Shown here: positions 13,520-25,057 of the stretch, piece by piece
How positions within the stretch are numbered: position 1 is the first letter of the stretch
Layout of the letters: each line of letters begins with the position of its first letter
Assembly (NCBI RefSeq): GCF_032444005.1
Contig: NC_091282.1
Span: forward strand, 794,158,001 to 794,222,000
Origin: Ranitomeya imitator
Taxonomy: Eukaryota
Direction: 5' to 3'
Length of the DNA: 64,000 nucleotides
Made by a program: the position numbers and the translations under genes
The notes under the pieces: generated by a model
Seen by the model: the letters and a program-made list of their open reading frames with translations, nothing else
The model's database searches: none
What the model was told of the DNA's origin: nothing

Positions 13520-15080
13520 TACAACAGGCCACAGCAACAGATAACAGACTGTATAATTATTTTTTCTGTTGTATGTGAAATTGGGAAAAATAAAAAGAGT
13601 AGAACAAGGCTAGCACACAGAACTATGCTACGTATGCCTGCAAGACTATGATTTTTCTACCACAGACATGCCAGGCCGCAGCCACAGATAGACCTTATAT
13701 TATATTTTTTTGTTTTTTGATGAATTTTTGAAAAAAAGTACAACAAGGCTAGCAGACAGAACTATGCTACATATGCCTGCGAAACTATGATTTTTCCACC
13801 ACAGATACACCAGGCCACAGCCACAGATAATAGACTGTATAATTTTTTTTCTGTTCTATGTGGAATTTTCAAAAAAATTAAAAATGAGTTCAACAAGGTT
13901 AGCAGAATGAACTATAAAACTTATGCCTGCGAAGCTACGATTTTTCCACCATAGATACACAAGGCCTCAGCCTGACATAACAGACTGTTTAAAAATGTAT
14001 TTTGTTTTTTGGTGAATTGTAGAAAAAAATTAAAAAAGAGTAGAACAAGGCTAGCTCACAGAACTCTGCTACATATGCCTGCAAAACTGCAATTTTTCCA
14101 CCACCGATACACCAGGCTGCAGCCACAGACAACAGACTGTATACAATATTTTTTGTTTTGTGGTGAATTTTGGAAAAAAAAAAAGTAGAACAAGGCTAGC
14201 ACACAAAACTATGATACGTATGCCTGCGAAACTACGATTTTTCCACCACAGATATACCAGGCCGCAGCCACAGAAAACAGAATGTATCATTTTTTTTCCG
14301 TTGTATGTGAAATTTGCAAAAAAATTAAAAATGAGTACAAGGCTAGCAGACAGAACCATGAAACTTATGCCTGCGAAGCTACGATTTTTCCACCACAGAT
14401 ACACAAGGCCTCAGCCTTACATAACAGACTGTATAAAAATGTATTTTGGTTTTTGGTGAATTTTTGAAAAAAATAAAAAAAGAGTAGAACAAGGTTAGCA
14501 CAAAGAACTATGCTACATATGCCTGCGAGACAATGATTTTTCCAGCACCGATACACCAGGCCTTAGCCTCACATAACAGACTGTATAAAATATTTTTGTT
14601 TTTTGGTGAATTTTTGAAAAAAAAAAGGAGAACAAGGCTAGCACAAAGAACTATGCTACATATGCCTGTGAAACTATGATTTTTCCACCACAGATACACC
14701 AGGCCGCAGTCACAGATAACAGATTGTATAAAATATTTTTGTTCTTTTGGTAAATTTTTGAAAAAAAAAGTAGAACAAGGTTAGCACACAGAACTATGAT
14801 ACGTATGCCTGCAAAACTACGATTTTTCCACCACAGATACACCAGGCTTCAGCCTGACATAACAGACTGTATATATATTTTTTTGTTTTTGGAGAATTAA
14901 AAAAAAAAAAAAAAAAGAGTGGAACAAGGCTAGCACACAAAACTATGTTACGTATGCCTGCAAAACTATGATTTTTCCACCACAGATACACCAGGCCATA
15001 GCCAAAGATAACAGACTGTATAATTTTTTTTTCTCTTGTATGTGAAATTTGGCCAAAAATTTAAAATGAGTACAACAAGG
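13520..15080. repeat. About 143-bp tandem array, about 11 copies, upstream of the hAT transposase
   Basis: Core ACAAGGCTAGCACACAGAACTATGCTACATATGCCTGC...TTTTCCACCACAGATACACCAGG; ORF track starts at 14365, 14508, 14651 and 14794 are 143 apart. Confidence 0.9.
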
Positions 15081-15245
15081 TGTGAAGAAACCAGATTGTA
15101 TCTTAATTTCCCAGACAACCATGTTTTTGCAAACCAAAAGAACTGGCTTTTTATCTGTATATTGGCTTGTGAATTTAAGTGTTTATGTCTGGTGGAGCAA
15201 GAAGACAGACTTGCCAACTGATATACTATCTAACATATTGTGTTA

Positions 15246-16392
15246 AGGTACCGTCACACAAAACGATATCGTTAACGATATCGTTGCTTTTTGTGACGTA
15301 GCAACGATATCGTTAACGAAATCGTTATGTGTGACAGCGACCAACGATCAGGCCCCTGCTGGGAGATCGTTGGTCGCTGGGGAAAGTCCAGAACTTTATT
15401 TCGTCGCTGGATCTCCCGCTGACATCGCTGAATCAGCGATGTCTTCACTGGTAACCAGGGTAAATATCAGGTTACTAAGCGCAGGGCCACGCTTAGTAAC
15501 CCGATGTTTACCCTGGTTACCGTTGTAAATGTAAAAAAACAAACACTACATACTTACATTCCGGTGTCTGGTCAGGTCCCTCGCCGTCAGCTTCCCGCAC
15601 TGACTGGTGAGCGCCGGCCAGCCGTAAAGCACAGCACAGCGGTGACCACAGCGGTGCCGTCACCGCTGTACTTTACGGCCGGCGCTCAGTCAGTGCGGGA
15701 AGCTGAAGGCGAGGGACATGACCAGACACCGGGAATGTAAGTATGTAGTGTTTGTTTTTTTACATTTACAACGGTAACCAGGGTAAACATTGGGTTACTA
15801 AGCGCGGCCCTGCGCTTAGTAACCCGATGTTTACCCTGGTTACCCGAAGACTTCGGGATCGTTGGTCACTGGAGAGCTGTCTGTGTGACATCTCTCCAGC
15901 GACCAAACAGCGACGCTGCAGCAATCAATATCGTTGTCGGTATCGCTGCAGCGTCGCTAAGGGTACCGTCACACAGTGGCATTTTGATCGCTACGACGGC
16001 ACGATCCGTGACGCTCCATCATCGTAACAATATCGCTCCAGCGTCGTAGACTGCTGTCACACTTTGCAATGTACGACGCTGGAGCGATAATTTCATGACG
16101 TATGTGCGATGTAGAAGCCGTTGGTTACTATGCGCACATCGTATACAATATCGTGCACACCTTTGTTACATTATGCGATCATGCCGCTACAGCAGGACAC
16201 TAGACGACGAAAGAAAGTTTCAAAAGATCTGCTACGATGTACGATTCTCAGCGGGGTCCCTGATCGCAGGAGCGTGTCAGACACAGCGAGATCGCTGGAA
16301 CATCACAGATATATCGCTGGAACGTCACGAATCGTGCCGTCGTAGCGATCAAAATGCTACTGTGTGACGGTACCCTTAGTGTGACGGTACCT
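15246..16392. mobile_element. PIF/Harbinger-type MITE (same family as 6486) with a second MITE in its right TIR
   Basis: AGGTACCGTCACA...GTGTGACGGTACCT; flanks TTA (15243-15245) and TAA (16393-16395); same branched palindrome as the 6486 copy. Confidence 0.85.
15961..16375. mobile_element. Related Harbinger-type MITE nested in the TIR of the preceding MITE
   Basis: GGGTACCGTCACACAGTGGCATTTTGATCGCTACGACGGCACGAT with a near-perfect reverse complement at 16331-16375; flanks TAA (15958-15960) and TTA (16376-16378). Confidence 0.85.
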
Positions 16393-16398
16393 TAAGTC

Positions 16399-17305
16399 TG
16401 TAATAGTGACTGTACATAGGGTGCGTTAAGCTTTGTTTATTGATGTGTGCTGTTATGCTAATAGTACTACTTGATCCCATCACCATTGTTTACCTCATCT
16501 TGATGTTGGACTGAGGGACCCTGGGTAATTCTAAAAATAGCTTACATGCCTTGGGTATAAAAAGACTCAGAGATCACATCATGGGAGACTGAAGTAACAC
16601 AGAGCTACCAGCCGCACATTCTGCAAACCACCCAACAGACAAGAGAAAGGACTGTAGCCAATTCATCATGGCACCATCACGAGGGACACTGATCTATGAT
16701 TCTATAGGAAACAACCTAGGGGTTTTCGGCTCCGGTTGGAAGGATACAGATCTGATCCAGTGACAATCTCTGAACCATGGATATGTGTGGAGAAAGCAAG
16801 GTTTGGGACCAGCTGGTCGCCTGGTTCCATGGAGATGGTCAGATAAGCCAAGTGGTGACTAGTGTCAACTGGCTTTGGACCTTGTATGGACTCTTTGGAC
16901 AGTTCTTGGTCATCTCACTATGCTTGTCATTACCTCTTCTCTGTGTGTGTATCACAGGTGGAATAGCGACCGTGGGAGCTCTGACATCATGTCAACTGGC
17001 TTTTGACCTTGTACGGTCCCTATGGACTGTTCTGTCATCTTCCTACGCTTATCGATATCTTTTCTCTGTGTGTACATCACAGGTGGAATAGCGACCCTGG
17101 GAGCTCTGATATAACATCTACCATTATCCCGGCGAGACAACAGAAGAGAAAGACCCTGTCATATGCACTATGTTGGGGTAATTTCTGAGATTGTTCTGTT
17201 TGCTATTGTGTGTTGTAGTTCAATAAAGTATTGCCACACTGTTTTACCTTAACCTTGTGTTGTCTGTGTAGTGTATTTCCCACCGGGAGATAGAGCGGGC
17301 GTTCA
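16399..17305 (+). mobile_element. Probable solo LTR
   Basis: Starts TGTAA, ends GGGCGTTCA; TATA-like GGGTATAAAAA near 16553; AATAAA at 17222-17227; internal duplication (about 16940-16990 vs 17063-17110). No clean TSD. Confidence 0.5.
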
Positions 17306-17803
17306 GAAGTATAGGCCCTGGTCCATGCAGTCAAGTAAAGAAAAACGAGTGGCCATCATTACTTTAAGAAATGAAGGTCAGTCAGTCCAAAAAATTGGGA
17401 AAACTTTGAAAGTGTCCCCAAGTGCAGTGGCAAAAACCATCAAGCGCTACAAAGAAACTGGCTCACATGAGGACCGCCCCAGGAAAGGAAGACCAAGAGT
17501 CACCTCTGCATCTGAGGATAAGTTTATCCGAGTCACCAGCCTCTGAAATCGTAGGTTAACAGCAGTTCAGATTATTATTATTATTATTATTTATTATTAT
17601 AGCGCCATTTATTCCATGGCGCTTTACATGTGAGGAGGGGTATACATAGTAAAACGAGTACAATAATCTTTAACAATACAAGTCACAACTGGTACAGGAG
17701 GAGAGAGGACCCTGCCCGCGAGGGCTCACAATCTACAAGGGATGGGTGAGGATACAGTAGGTGAGGGTAGAGCTGGCCGTGCAGCGGTTTGGTCAATCGG
17801 TGG

Positions 17804-20800
17804 TTACTGCAGGTTGTAGGCTTGTCGGAAGAGGTGGGTCTTCAGGTTCTTTTTGAAGGTTTCGATGGTAGGCGAGAGTCTGATATGTTGTGGTAGAGCA
17901 TTCCAAAGTAGGGGGGATGCACGAGAGAAATCTTGTATGCGATTGTGGGAAGAGGAGATAATAGGGGAGTAGAGAAGGAGATCTTGTGAGGATCGGAGGT
18001 TGCGTGCAGGAGAGTACCGGGAGACAAGGTCGCAGATGTATGGAGGAGACAGGTTGTGGATGGCTTTGTATGTCATGGTTAGGTTTTTGTACTGGAGTCT
18101 CTGGGTGATGGGGAGCCAGTGCAGGGATTGACAGAGGGGAGAGGCCGGGGAATAGCGGGGGGACAGGTGGATTAGTCGGGCAGCAGAGTTTAGAATAGAT
18201 TGGAGGGGTGCAAGAGTGTTAGATGGGAGGCCACAGAGCAGGAGGTTACAGTAGTCAAGGCGGGAGATGATGAGGGCATGGACTAGGGTCTTTGCAGATT
18301 TTTGGTTTAGGAATGTGCGGATCCGTGAAATATTTTTGAGTTGGAGGCGGCAGGAAGTGGAAAGGGTTTGGATATGTGGTTTAAAGGAGAGATCAGTGTC
18401 AAGGATTACCCCAAGACAGCGGGCTTGTGGGACTGGGGAGAGTGGGCAGCCGTTTACTGTAATGGATAGGTTCGTTGGGGAGGTCGCGTGAGATGGGGGA
18501 AAGATGATGAATTCTGTTTTGTCCATGTTAAGTTTTAGAAATCTAGTGGAGAAGAAGGATGAAATAGCAGACAGACATTGAGGGATTCTGGTTAGTAGGG
18601 AGGTGATATCTGGTCCAGAGATGTAGATCTGTGTGTCATCAGCATAGAGATGATACTGAAAGCCGTGAGATTCTATGAGCTGTCCCAGGCCAAAGGTGTA
18701 GATGGAGAAGAGAAGGGGTCCTAGAACTGAACCTTGCGGGACTCCGACAGATAGGGGGCGAGGTGAGGAGGTGGTGTGTGAGTGGGAGACGCTGAATGTA
18801 CGGTCAGTTAGGTATGATGAGATCCAGGATAGGGCCAATTCTGTGATTCCAAGGGATGAGAGGGTCTGCAGCAGCAGGGAATGGTCCACTGTGTCAAAGG
18901 CAGAGGACAGGTCCAGGAGGAGGAGGACAGAGAAGTTTCGCTTGCTCTTGGCGGTTAATAGGTCATTGGTGACCTTAGTTAGGGCAGTTTCAGTGGAGTG
19001 GTGTGACCGGAAGCCTGATTGAAAGCGGTCGAAGAAGGAGCAGGAAGATAGATGGGAGGACAGTTCAAGATGGACATGTTGTTCCAGTAGTTTTGAGGCA
19101 AAGGGGAGAAGTGATATAGGGCGATAGTTAGATACAGAGGATGGGTCAAGAGAGGGCTTTTTGAGGATAGGTGTGATTGAGGCATGTTTAAAGCTTGAGG
19201 GGAAAATGCCAGTTGTTAGCGATAGGTTAAAGAGATGGGTTAGGGTTGGGATGAAGACTGTGGTGAGGTTTGGGATGAAGTGGGATGGGAGTGGGTCAAG
19301 TGCACAGGTGGTGAGATGCGATCTTGAGAGTAGAGTGGAGAGTCCATCTTCTGTAATGGTGGAGAAGTTGGTTTTGGAGGTGGAGGGCTGGGTAGTTGGG
19401 AGGAAGGGTTCTGGGGGTTGTTTACTAAAATTGTCCCTGATGTTCTCAATTTTCTGCTTGAAAAATGAGGCAAAGTCTTCAGCTGAGATGAGTGGGGAGG
19501 GAGGAGGTGCTGGGGGACGGAGGAGAGAGTTGAAGGTGTTGAATAACTGTTTGGGGTTGTGAGACAGGGAGGATATGAGAGATGAGAAGTAGGTTTGTTT
19601 TGCTGTGGCGAGCGTGGTTTTGAAAGCAGTGAGGGACTGTTTGAATGCGATGAAGTGCTCGATGGAGTGGGATCTTTTCCATCTGCGCTCAGCAGCTCTG
19701 GAAGCTCGCCTCAGTTCTTTGGTCAGGCTGGTGTGCCAGGGTTGTCTGTTGATTTTGCGAGCTTTGGTATGTGTGAGAGGGGCAAGAGATTCCAAAGCTG
19801 CAGCTATTGTGGTGTTATATAGAGCGGCAGCATCATCCACATTGTGTAGGAAGCTTATGTCTGTGAGAGGGAGGAGGGATTCAGAGAGTGAGTGAAGATC
19901 AAGGTGTTTAAGATTTCTGCGAGGGTGTGAGAGTTTGTGGGGTGGGGGTTGTAGACAAGGAGTGGAAAGGGAAGAGAATGTAAGTAGGTTGTGGTCAGAA
20001 AGAGGAAGAGGTGAGTTTGAGAGGTTAGATAGGGAGCAGAGGCGGGTGAGAATGAGGTCCAGTGTGTGACCATCTTTGTGGGTGGCTGTAGAAGACCATT
20101 GAGTAAGGCCAAAGGAGGAAGTGAGGGATAGAAGTTTAGTGGCAGCTGAGAGGGAAGTGTCAATGGGGATGTTGAAGTCACCCATGATGATAGTGGGGAT
20201 GTCAGCGGCGAGGAAATGGAGTAGCCAGGTGGTGAAGTGGTCGAAGAAGGTGGTGGCTGGCCCTGGGGGACGGTAGATGACAGCCAGTTGGAGGTTGGAG
20301 GGGGAGTAGATGCGCACAGAGTGCACCTCAAAGGAAGGGAGGGTAACAGAGGGTGGCAGTGGGATTGGGGTGAAGGAGCAGTTATCTGACAGGAGAAAAC
20401 CAACTCCTCCGCCATGCTTGCTGCTGGGGCGGGGTGTGTGAGAGAGGTGGAAGCCACCGTAAGAGAGTGCCGCAGGGGAGGCTGTGTCAGAAGGGGTGAG
20501 CCAGGTTTCAGTGATGCCGAGAAAGGAGAGTTTGTTATTGATAAAGAGGTCATGGATAAATGACAGTTTATTGCAGACAGAGCGTGCGTTCCATAGTGCT
20601 CCAGATAGGGAAATTGGGGGAGTGGGGGCTGGATGAATGGGTATGAGGTTACTGTGGTTGCGAGGACGTGTAGAGGATCGTGGCAGGGGATTAGAAATGA
20701 GTGTGGGGATGTGATGAGTAGGGCCAGGATTTGGGGATATGTCGCCAGCAATGAGGAGCAGCAGACAGAGCGTTAGAAGGTGTGAGCTGGATAGGTCATG

Positions 20801-20980
20801 ATGTGGCCGTGTGTGCCTGGCGAGAAAGGATTGTATGTGGAGGAACAGTTCTGTGGAGGAGGTGAGGTGACTGGGGAGGATTGAGGAAGAAATGACTAGT
20901 TCCTTACTGGGTGGAGGGATTACAGGAGATAGGAAGAAATAAAGTAGTATGGGGGTGAATGTTAAAAGAAAACGAAACAT
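17804..20980 (-). CDS. L2 LINE ORF2: APE endonuclease plus reverse transcriptase, 1058 aa, uninterrupted
   Basis: True ATG at 20980; LWNARS, GITETWL, IMGDFN, LDLIL, SDHNL (APE); [35 protein letters not shown] at 18635-18646 (RT). Confidence 0.95.
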   Translation of the reverse strand: MFRFLLTFTPILLYFFLSPVIPPPSKELVISSSILPSHLTSSTELFLHIQSFLARHTRPHHDLSSSHLLTLCLLLLIAGDISPNPGPTHHIPTLISNPLPRSSTRPRNHSNLIPIHPAPTPPISLSGALWNARSVCNKLSFIHDLFINNKLSFLGITETWLTPSDTASPAALSYGGFHLSHTPRPSSKHGGGVGFLLSDNCSFTPIPLPPSVTLPSFEVHSVRIYSPSNLQLAVIYRPPGPATTFFDHFTTWLLHFLAADIPTIIMGDFNIPIDTSLSAATKLLSLTSSFGLTQWSSTATHKDGHTLDLILTRLCSLSNLSNSPLPLSDHNLLTFSSLSTPCLQPPPHKLSHPRRNLKHLDLHSLSESLLPLTDISFLHNVDDAAALYNTTIAAALESLAPLTHTKARKINRQPWHTSLTKELRRASRAAERRWKRSHSIEHFIAFKQSLTAFKTTLATAKQTYFSSLISSLSHNPKQLFNTFNSLLRPPAPPPSPLISAEDFASFFKQKIENIRDNFSKQPPEPFLPTTQPSTSKTNFSTITEDGLSTLLSRSHLTTCALDPLPSHFIPNLTTVFIPTLTHLFNLSLTTGIFPSSFKHASITPILKKPSLDPSSVSNYRPISLLPFASKLLEQHVHLELSSHLSSCSFFDRFQSGFRSHHSTETALTKVTNDLLTAKSKRNFSVLLLLDLSSAFDTVDHSLLLQTLSSLGITELALSWISSYLTDRTFSVSHSHTTSSPRPLSVGVPQGSVLGPLLFSIYTFGLGQLIESHGFQYHLYADDTQIYISGPDITSLLTRIPQCLSAISSFFSTRFLKLNMDKTEFIIFPPSHATSPTNLSITVNGCPLSPVPQARCLGVILDTDLSFKPHIQTLSTSCRLQLKNISRIRTFLNQKSAKTLVHALIISRLDYCNLLLCGLPSNTLAPLQSILNSAARLIHLSPRYSPASPLCQSLHWLPITQRLQYKNLTMTYKAIHNLSPPYICDLVSRYSPARNLRSSQDLLLYSPIISSSHNRIQDFSRASPLLWNALPQHIRLSPTIETFKKNLKTHLFRQAYNLQ
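20720..20812 (-). other. 2A-like (StopGo) peptide in the ORF2 N-terminus
   Basis: aa 57-87 end in [21 protein letters not shown]; matches the 2A core D(V/I)ExNPG-P except Ser for Glu; immediately precedes the endonuclease. Confidence 0.75.
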
Positions 20981-21024
20981 TATAGTGGTTTTCTATTCCT
21001 TTACCTTCCAGTCAATTCCAGTCC

Positions 21025-22566
21025 AATTCTAGTCTAATTCATAGCAATTTAAAAATGCAATTTCTAAGATGGTCAGACACGTCTGGTCAGACTCATGGCT
21101 ATGAATTTATGTGCACCTAAGGGCTCACAGCTGAGAGGGAGGATGTGGGCGTGTGTGTCCAGAGCACATGTTCACAGTTAAGCCAGGTCATAAAGAGGGG
21201 GTGGGGTAGATGGCTACTCAGGTATGCAAGCAAGAAGCAAGAGAAGTGAAGTACGAATGGATAGAAAATAATGGGTAAGCAAAGAATGCCATGTGGCAAT
21301 TACATGCACTTCATATAGACAGACAGGGCAGGAAAGGCAGAGTAGATGAACAGCAGCATACCAGGTGGGAATTATATGCAGTTCACATAAACACACATTG
21401 CAGGAAAGGCAGAGTAGATGAACAGCAGCATACCAGGTGGGAATTATATGCAGTTCACATAAACACACATTGCAGGAAAGGCAGAGTAGATGAACAGCAG
21501 CATACCAGGTGGGAATTATATGCAGTTCACATAAACACACATTGCAGGAAAGGCAGAGTAGATGAACAGCAGCATACCAGGTGGGAATTATATGCAGTTC
21601 ACATAAACACACATTGCAGGAAAGGCAGAGTAGATGAACAGCAGCATACCAGGTGGGAATTATATGCAGTTCACATAAACACACATTGCAGGAAAGGCAG
21701 AGTAGATGAACAGCAGCATACCAGGTGGGAATTATATGCAGTTCACATAAACACACATTGCAGGAAAGGCAGAGTAGATGAACAGCAGCATACCAGGTGG
21801 GAATTATATGCAGTTCACATAAACACACATTGCAGGAAAGGCAGAGTAGATGAACAGCAGCATACCAGGTGGGAATTATATGCAGTTCACATAAACACAC
21901 ATTGCAGGAAAGGCAGAGTAGATGAACAGCAGCATACCAGGTGGGAATTATATGCAGTTCACATAAACACACATTGCAGGAAAGGCAGAGTAGATGAACA
22001 GCAGCATACCAGGTGGGAATTATATGCAGTTCACATAAACACACATTGCAGGAAAGGCAGAGTAGATGAACAGCAGCATACCAGGTGGGAATTATATGCA
22101 GTTCACATAAACACACATTGCAGGAAAGGCAGAGTAGATGAACAGCAGCATACCAGGTGGGAATTATATGCAGTTCACATAAACACACATTGCAGGAAAG
22201 GCAGAGTAGATGAACAGCAGCATACCAGGTGGGAATTATATGCAGTTCACATAAACACACATTGCAGGAAAGGCAGAGTAGATGAACAGCAGCATACCAG
22301 GTGGGAATTATATGCAGTTCACATAAACACACATTGCAGGAAAGGCAGAGTAGATGAACAGCAGCATACCTGTGGGTAGACAAAAGAGCTTGATTAGAGG
22401 ATACAGGTGGTGATGAGGATGATGAAAGTACAGCAGTGATGAATGGTCGAATGCCCCATGGAATTCTAGTCTAATTCATAGCAATTAAAAAACTGCAATT
22501 TAAAAATGCAATTTCTAAGATGGTCAGACACGTCTGGTCAGACTCATGGCTATGAATTTATGTGCA
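21025..22566 (-). repeat. Direct repeat pair in the L2 5' region (21025-21115 and 22462-22566)
   Basis: AATTCTAGTCTAATTCATAGCAATT...GGTCAGACACGTCTGGTCAGACTCATGGCTATGAATTTATGTGCA occurs twice; the outer copy has a 14-bp internal duplication and forms the element's 5' end. Confidence 0.9.
21328..22370. repeat. 72-bp perfect tandem array, about 14.5 copies, within the L2 5' region
   Basis: Unit starts GCAGGAAAGG at 21328, 21400 and so on to 22336; the 24-aa translated units are identical throughout in both open frames. Confidence 0.95.
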
Positions 22567-23411
22567 GATTAGAGACCAGGTCAATGCCACACAGAGTTCT
22601 AGCAGCAGACACATCTCTACAACAACTGTTAAGAGGAGACTTTGTGCAGCAGGCCTTCATGGTAAAATAGCTTCAAGGAAACCACTGCTAAGGACTGGCA
22701 ACAAGCAGAAGAGACTTGTTTGGGCTAAATAACACAAGGAATGGACATTAGACCAGTGGAAATCTGTGCTTTGGTCTGATGAGTCCAAATTTGAGATCTT
22801 TGGTTCCAACCACTGTGTCTTTGTGCGACGCAGAAAAGGTGAACGGATGGACTCCACATGCCTGGTTCCCACCGTGAAGCATGGAGGGGGAGGTGTGATA
22901 GTGTGGGGGTGCTTTGCTGGTGACACTGTTGGGGATTTATTCAAAATTGAAGGCATACTGAACCAGCATGGCTACCACAGCATCTTGCAGCGGCATGTTA
23001 TTCCATCCGGTTTGTGTATAGTTGGACCATCATTTATTTTTCAACAGGACAGTGACCCCAAACACATCTCCAGGCTGTGTAAGGGCTATTTGACCAAGAA
23101 GGAGAGAGATGGGGTGCTACGCCAGATGACCTGGCCTCCACAGTCACCAGACCTGAACCCAATGGAGATGGTTTGGGGTGAGCTGGATCGCAGAGTGAAG
23201 GCAAAAGGGCCAACAAGTGCTAAGCATCTCTGGGAACTCCTTCAAGATTGTTGGAAGACCATTTCCGGTGACTACCTCTTGAAGCTCATCAAGAGAATGC
23301 CAAGAGTGTGCAAAGCAGTCATCAAAGCAAAAGGTCGCTACTTTGGAGAAACTAGAATATAAGACATAATTTCTGTTGTTTCACACTTTTTTGTTAAGTA
23401 TATACTTCCAC

Positions 23412-23681
23412 ATTATTATTATTATTTATTATTATAGCGCCATTTTTTACATGGCCCTTTACATGTGAGGAGGGGTGTACATAATAAAAACAAGTACAAT
23501 AATCTTGAACAATACAAGTCACAACTGGTACAGGAGGAGGGAGGACCCTGCCCACTAAGGCTCACAATCTACAAGGGATGGGTGAGGATACAGTAGGTGA
23601 GGGTAGAACTGGTCGTGCAGCGGTTTGGTCAATCGGTGGTTACTGCAGGTTATAGGCTTGTTGGAAGAGGTGGGGTCTTCA
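23412..23681 (-). mobile_element. 5'-truncated L2 copy (3' UTR and last ORF2 codons), same family as 17575
   Basis: Closely matches 17575-17845 including the (AAT)n tail. Confidence 0.9.
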
Positions 23682-23833
23682 AATAATCCCGGAAATACTC
23701 GGTGCTCGCCGAGTACACCGAGCATAGTGATACTCGGGCGAGTAGCGAGTAGTGGCGAGCACGTTTTCTCATCACTAATAATAATAATGGCAAAATAAAT
23801 TTTTTTACTATATTTAATGAATAATAAAATTCC

Positions 23834-24043
23834 TGGAATTCCTTGCCTGAGGAGGTGGTGATGGTGAACTCAGTTGAGGGGTTCAAGAGAGGCCTGGATG
23901 TCTTCCTGGAATAACAATATTGTATCTTACAGTTATTAGGTTCTTTAGAAGGACGTAGATCTGGGGATGTATTCTGAAGGAATATAGGCTGAACTGGAAG
24001 AACAAATGTCTTTTTTCGGCCTTGCTTGCTAACTATGTTACTA
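23834..24043 (+). mobile_element. CR1 LINE 3' fragment
   Basis: Encodes WNSLPEEVVMVNSVEGFKRGLDVFL and ends in an ACTATGTTACTA-type tail. Confidence 0.7.
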
Positions 24044-24706
24044 ACAGCTAATCTAAATTGAACACTTACGTATTTGTATACCATAGTGGTGCCTGAAAGA
24101 AGTTACAGTTAATGTTGCTTAATAAGAAGGTCTCATATGGACGTGTTTGCATAAAAGAGAAAAGTTATGTTTCTAAATGTGTATTGAAGGATCTCTTTGA
24201 TAGAAAGAACGGAAAAATTATTCTTGCCACTATATGTCTTCTGGTTTGTGGCACCTTTTTTAACCATTTGATGTTCTTTAAGCCAAACTTTAGTGACATT
24301 GATGCAGTGCACATCAGTTTGCAGGGTACCCGGTCTTCCATAGAGCACATGGGGGCCGTCGGTGGTTACACAGGAGCTGCCAGCAGCAGATCTTGATGAT
24401 TTGTCCAAGTGCATCAGCAGCAGAACCTTCCTTAATGAGTTATATAATTTTTTTACACACGAGGAGAGGAAAAAAAAGGTTCTCTGCCTCCTCCATTCTA
24501 TTAGTCCGTGAAAATCAGTCCACACTCGAGTGCGGTCCGATTTGTTTCCTCGATCCATAGGCTCGCAATGACAATTTTGATTCAACACTTGGATCAAAAT
24601 CGTTCACGTCTCCAATTTACAATGGTCTTAAATTACAGATTTCTTTAGAATTAGCCCAAAAAAATGATGGAAGATTTTGCTTCATTAAGTCTCTGCCTAT
24701 AAAGTA

Positions 24707-25057
24707 TGCAAATTGCCTCTTCATATAAAAAGAGGACTTAAACTCTATAGTGCCACCTGTTGGAAGTAGCGATCCTACAAGTCACAATCAACCCTTTAAG
24801 GAGTCGTGCAATATGACTTGGGATAAAAGCCAAATTTGTATCTCAATTCAAAGACGTGCTTTGGCCTGTTGTGACTTATAGAATCGCTACTTCCAACAGG
24901 TGGCGCTATAGAGGTTAAGTCCTCTTTTTCTCTGAAGAGGCAATTTGCATATTTAATTTCCCAGAGGAGCATTGCGCAGCGAATAAGCCTCCTTACCTTG
25001 ACAAGCCAGAGCTGGTATGTCACTCTCCACAAGGAGAAACCTCACCCCTTAGACCCG
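24707..25057. mobile_element. Penelope-type non-coding hairpin insert, same family as 4192
   Basis: 13-bp TSD TGCCTA(T/C)AAAGTA with one mismatch (24694-24706, 25058-25070); inverted arms plus the same tail as the 4192 copy. Confidence 0.65.

Larger units (their letters stand above)
17575..22564 (-). mobile_element. Full-length L2-clade LINE
   Basis: (AAT)n tail at 17575; terminal stem-loop AGCGCCATGGAATAAATGGCGCT; intact ORF2; about 1.6-kb 5' region; junction duplication CAGATTA (17568-17574, 22565-22571) in the Tc1 host. Confidence 0.9.
17307..23410 (+). pseudogene. Tc1 transposase remnant split by a full-length L2 insertion
   Basis: 17307-17574 encodes the paired-like HTH region (KEKRVAII...GRPRVTS, premature stop); resumes at 22565 with RDQVNAT...WSDESKF...KHGGGG...QQDSDPKH...SPDLNPMEMVW; both TIRs missing. 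Confidence 0.85.
7582..23777 (-). mobile_element. Large hAT DNA transposon, probably one element with nested insertions
   Basis: Left end TAGTGATGAACGAGC, right end ...CTCATCACTA; flanks ATAATGAT (7574-7581) and ATAATAAT (23778-23785) match 7/8; decayed hAT transposase and tandem arrays inside. The low-complexity TSD weakens the end pairing. Confidence 0.5.

Noticed and set aside
18267-20751. Overlapping ORFs within L2 ORF2 (for example 298 aa at 19855-20751 and several plus-strand frames)
   Set aside because: Alternative-frame shadows of a compositionally biased RT gene.
21328-22370. CRISPR-like appearance of the regular array
   Set aside because: Units are identical end to end with no unique spacers, no cas genes, and the context is eukaryotic. 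The same applies to the 86-bp arrays.
21291-22379. 362-aa plus-strand repeat ORF
   Set aside because: Antisense to the L2 and generated by the stop-free 72-bp unit; no evidence of coding function.
24112-24597. Overlapping 154-aa and 94-aa ORFs
   Set aside because: No recognisable motif; open on both strands; no consistent splice sites.
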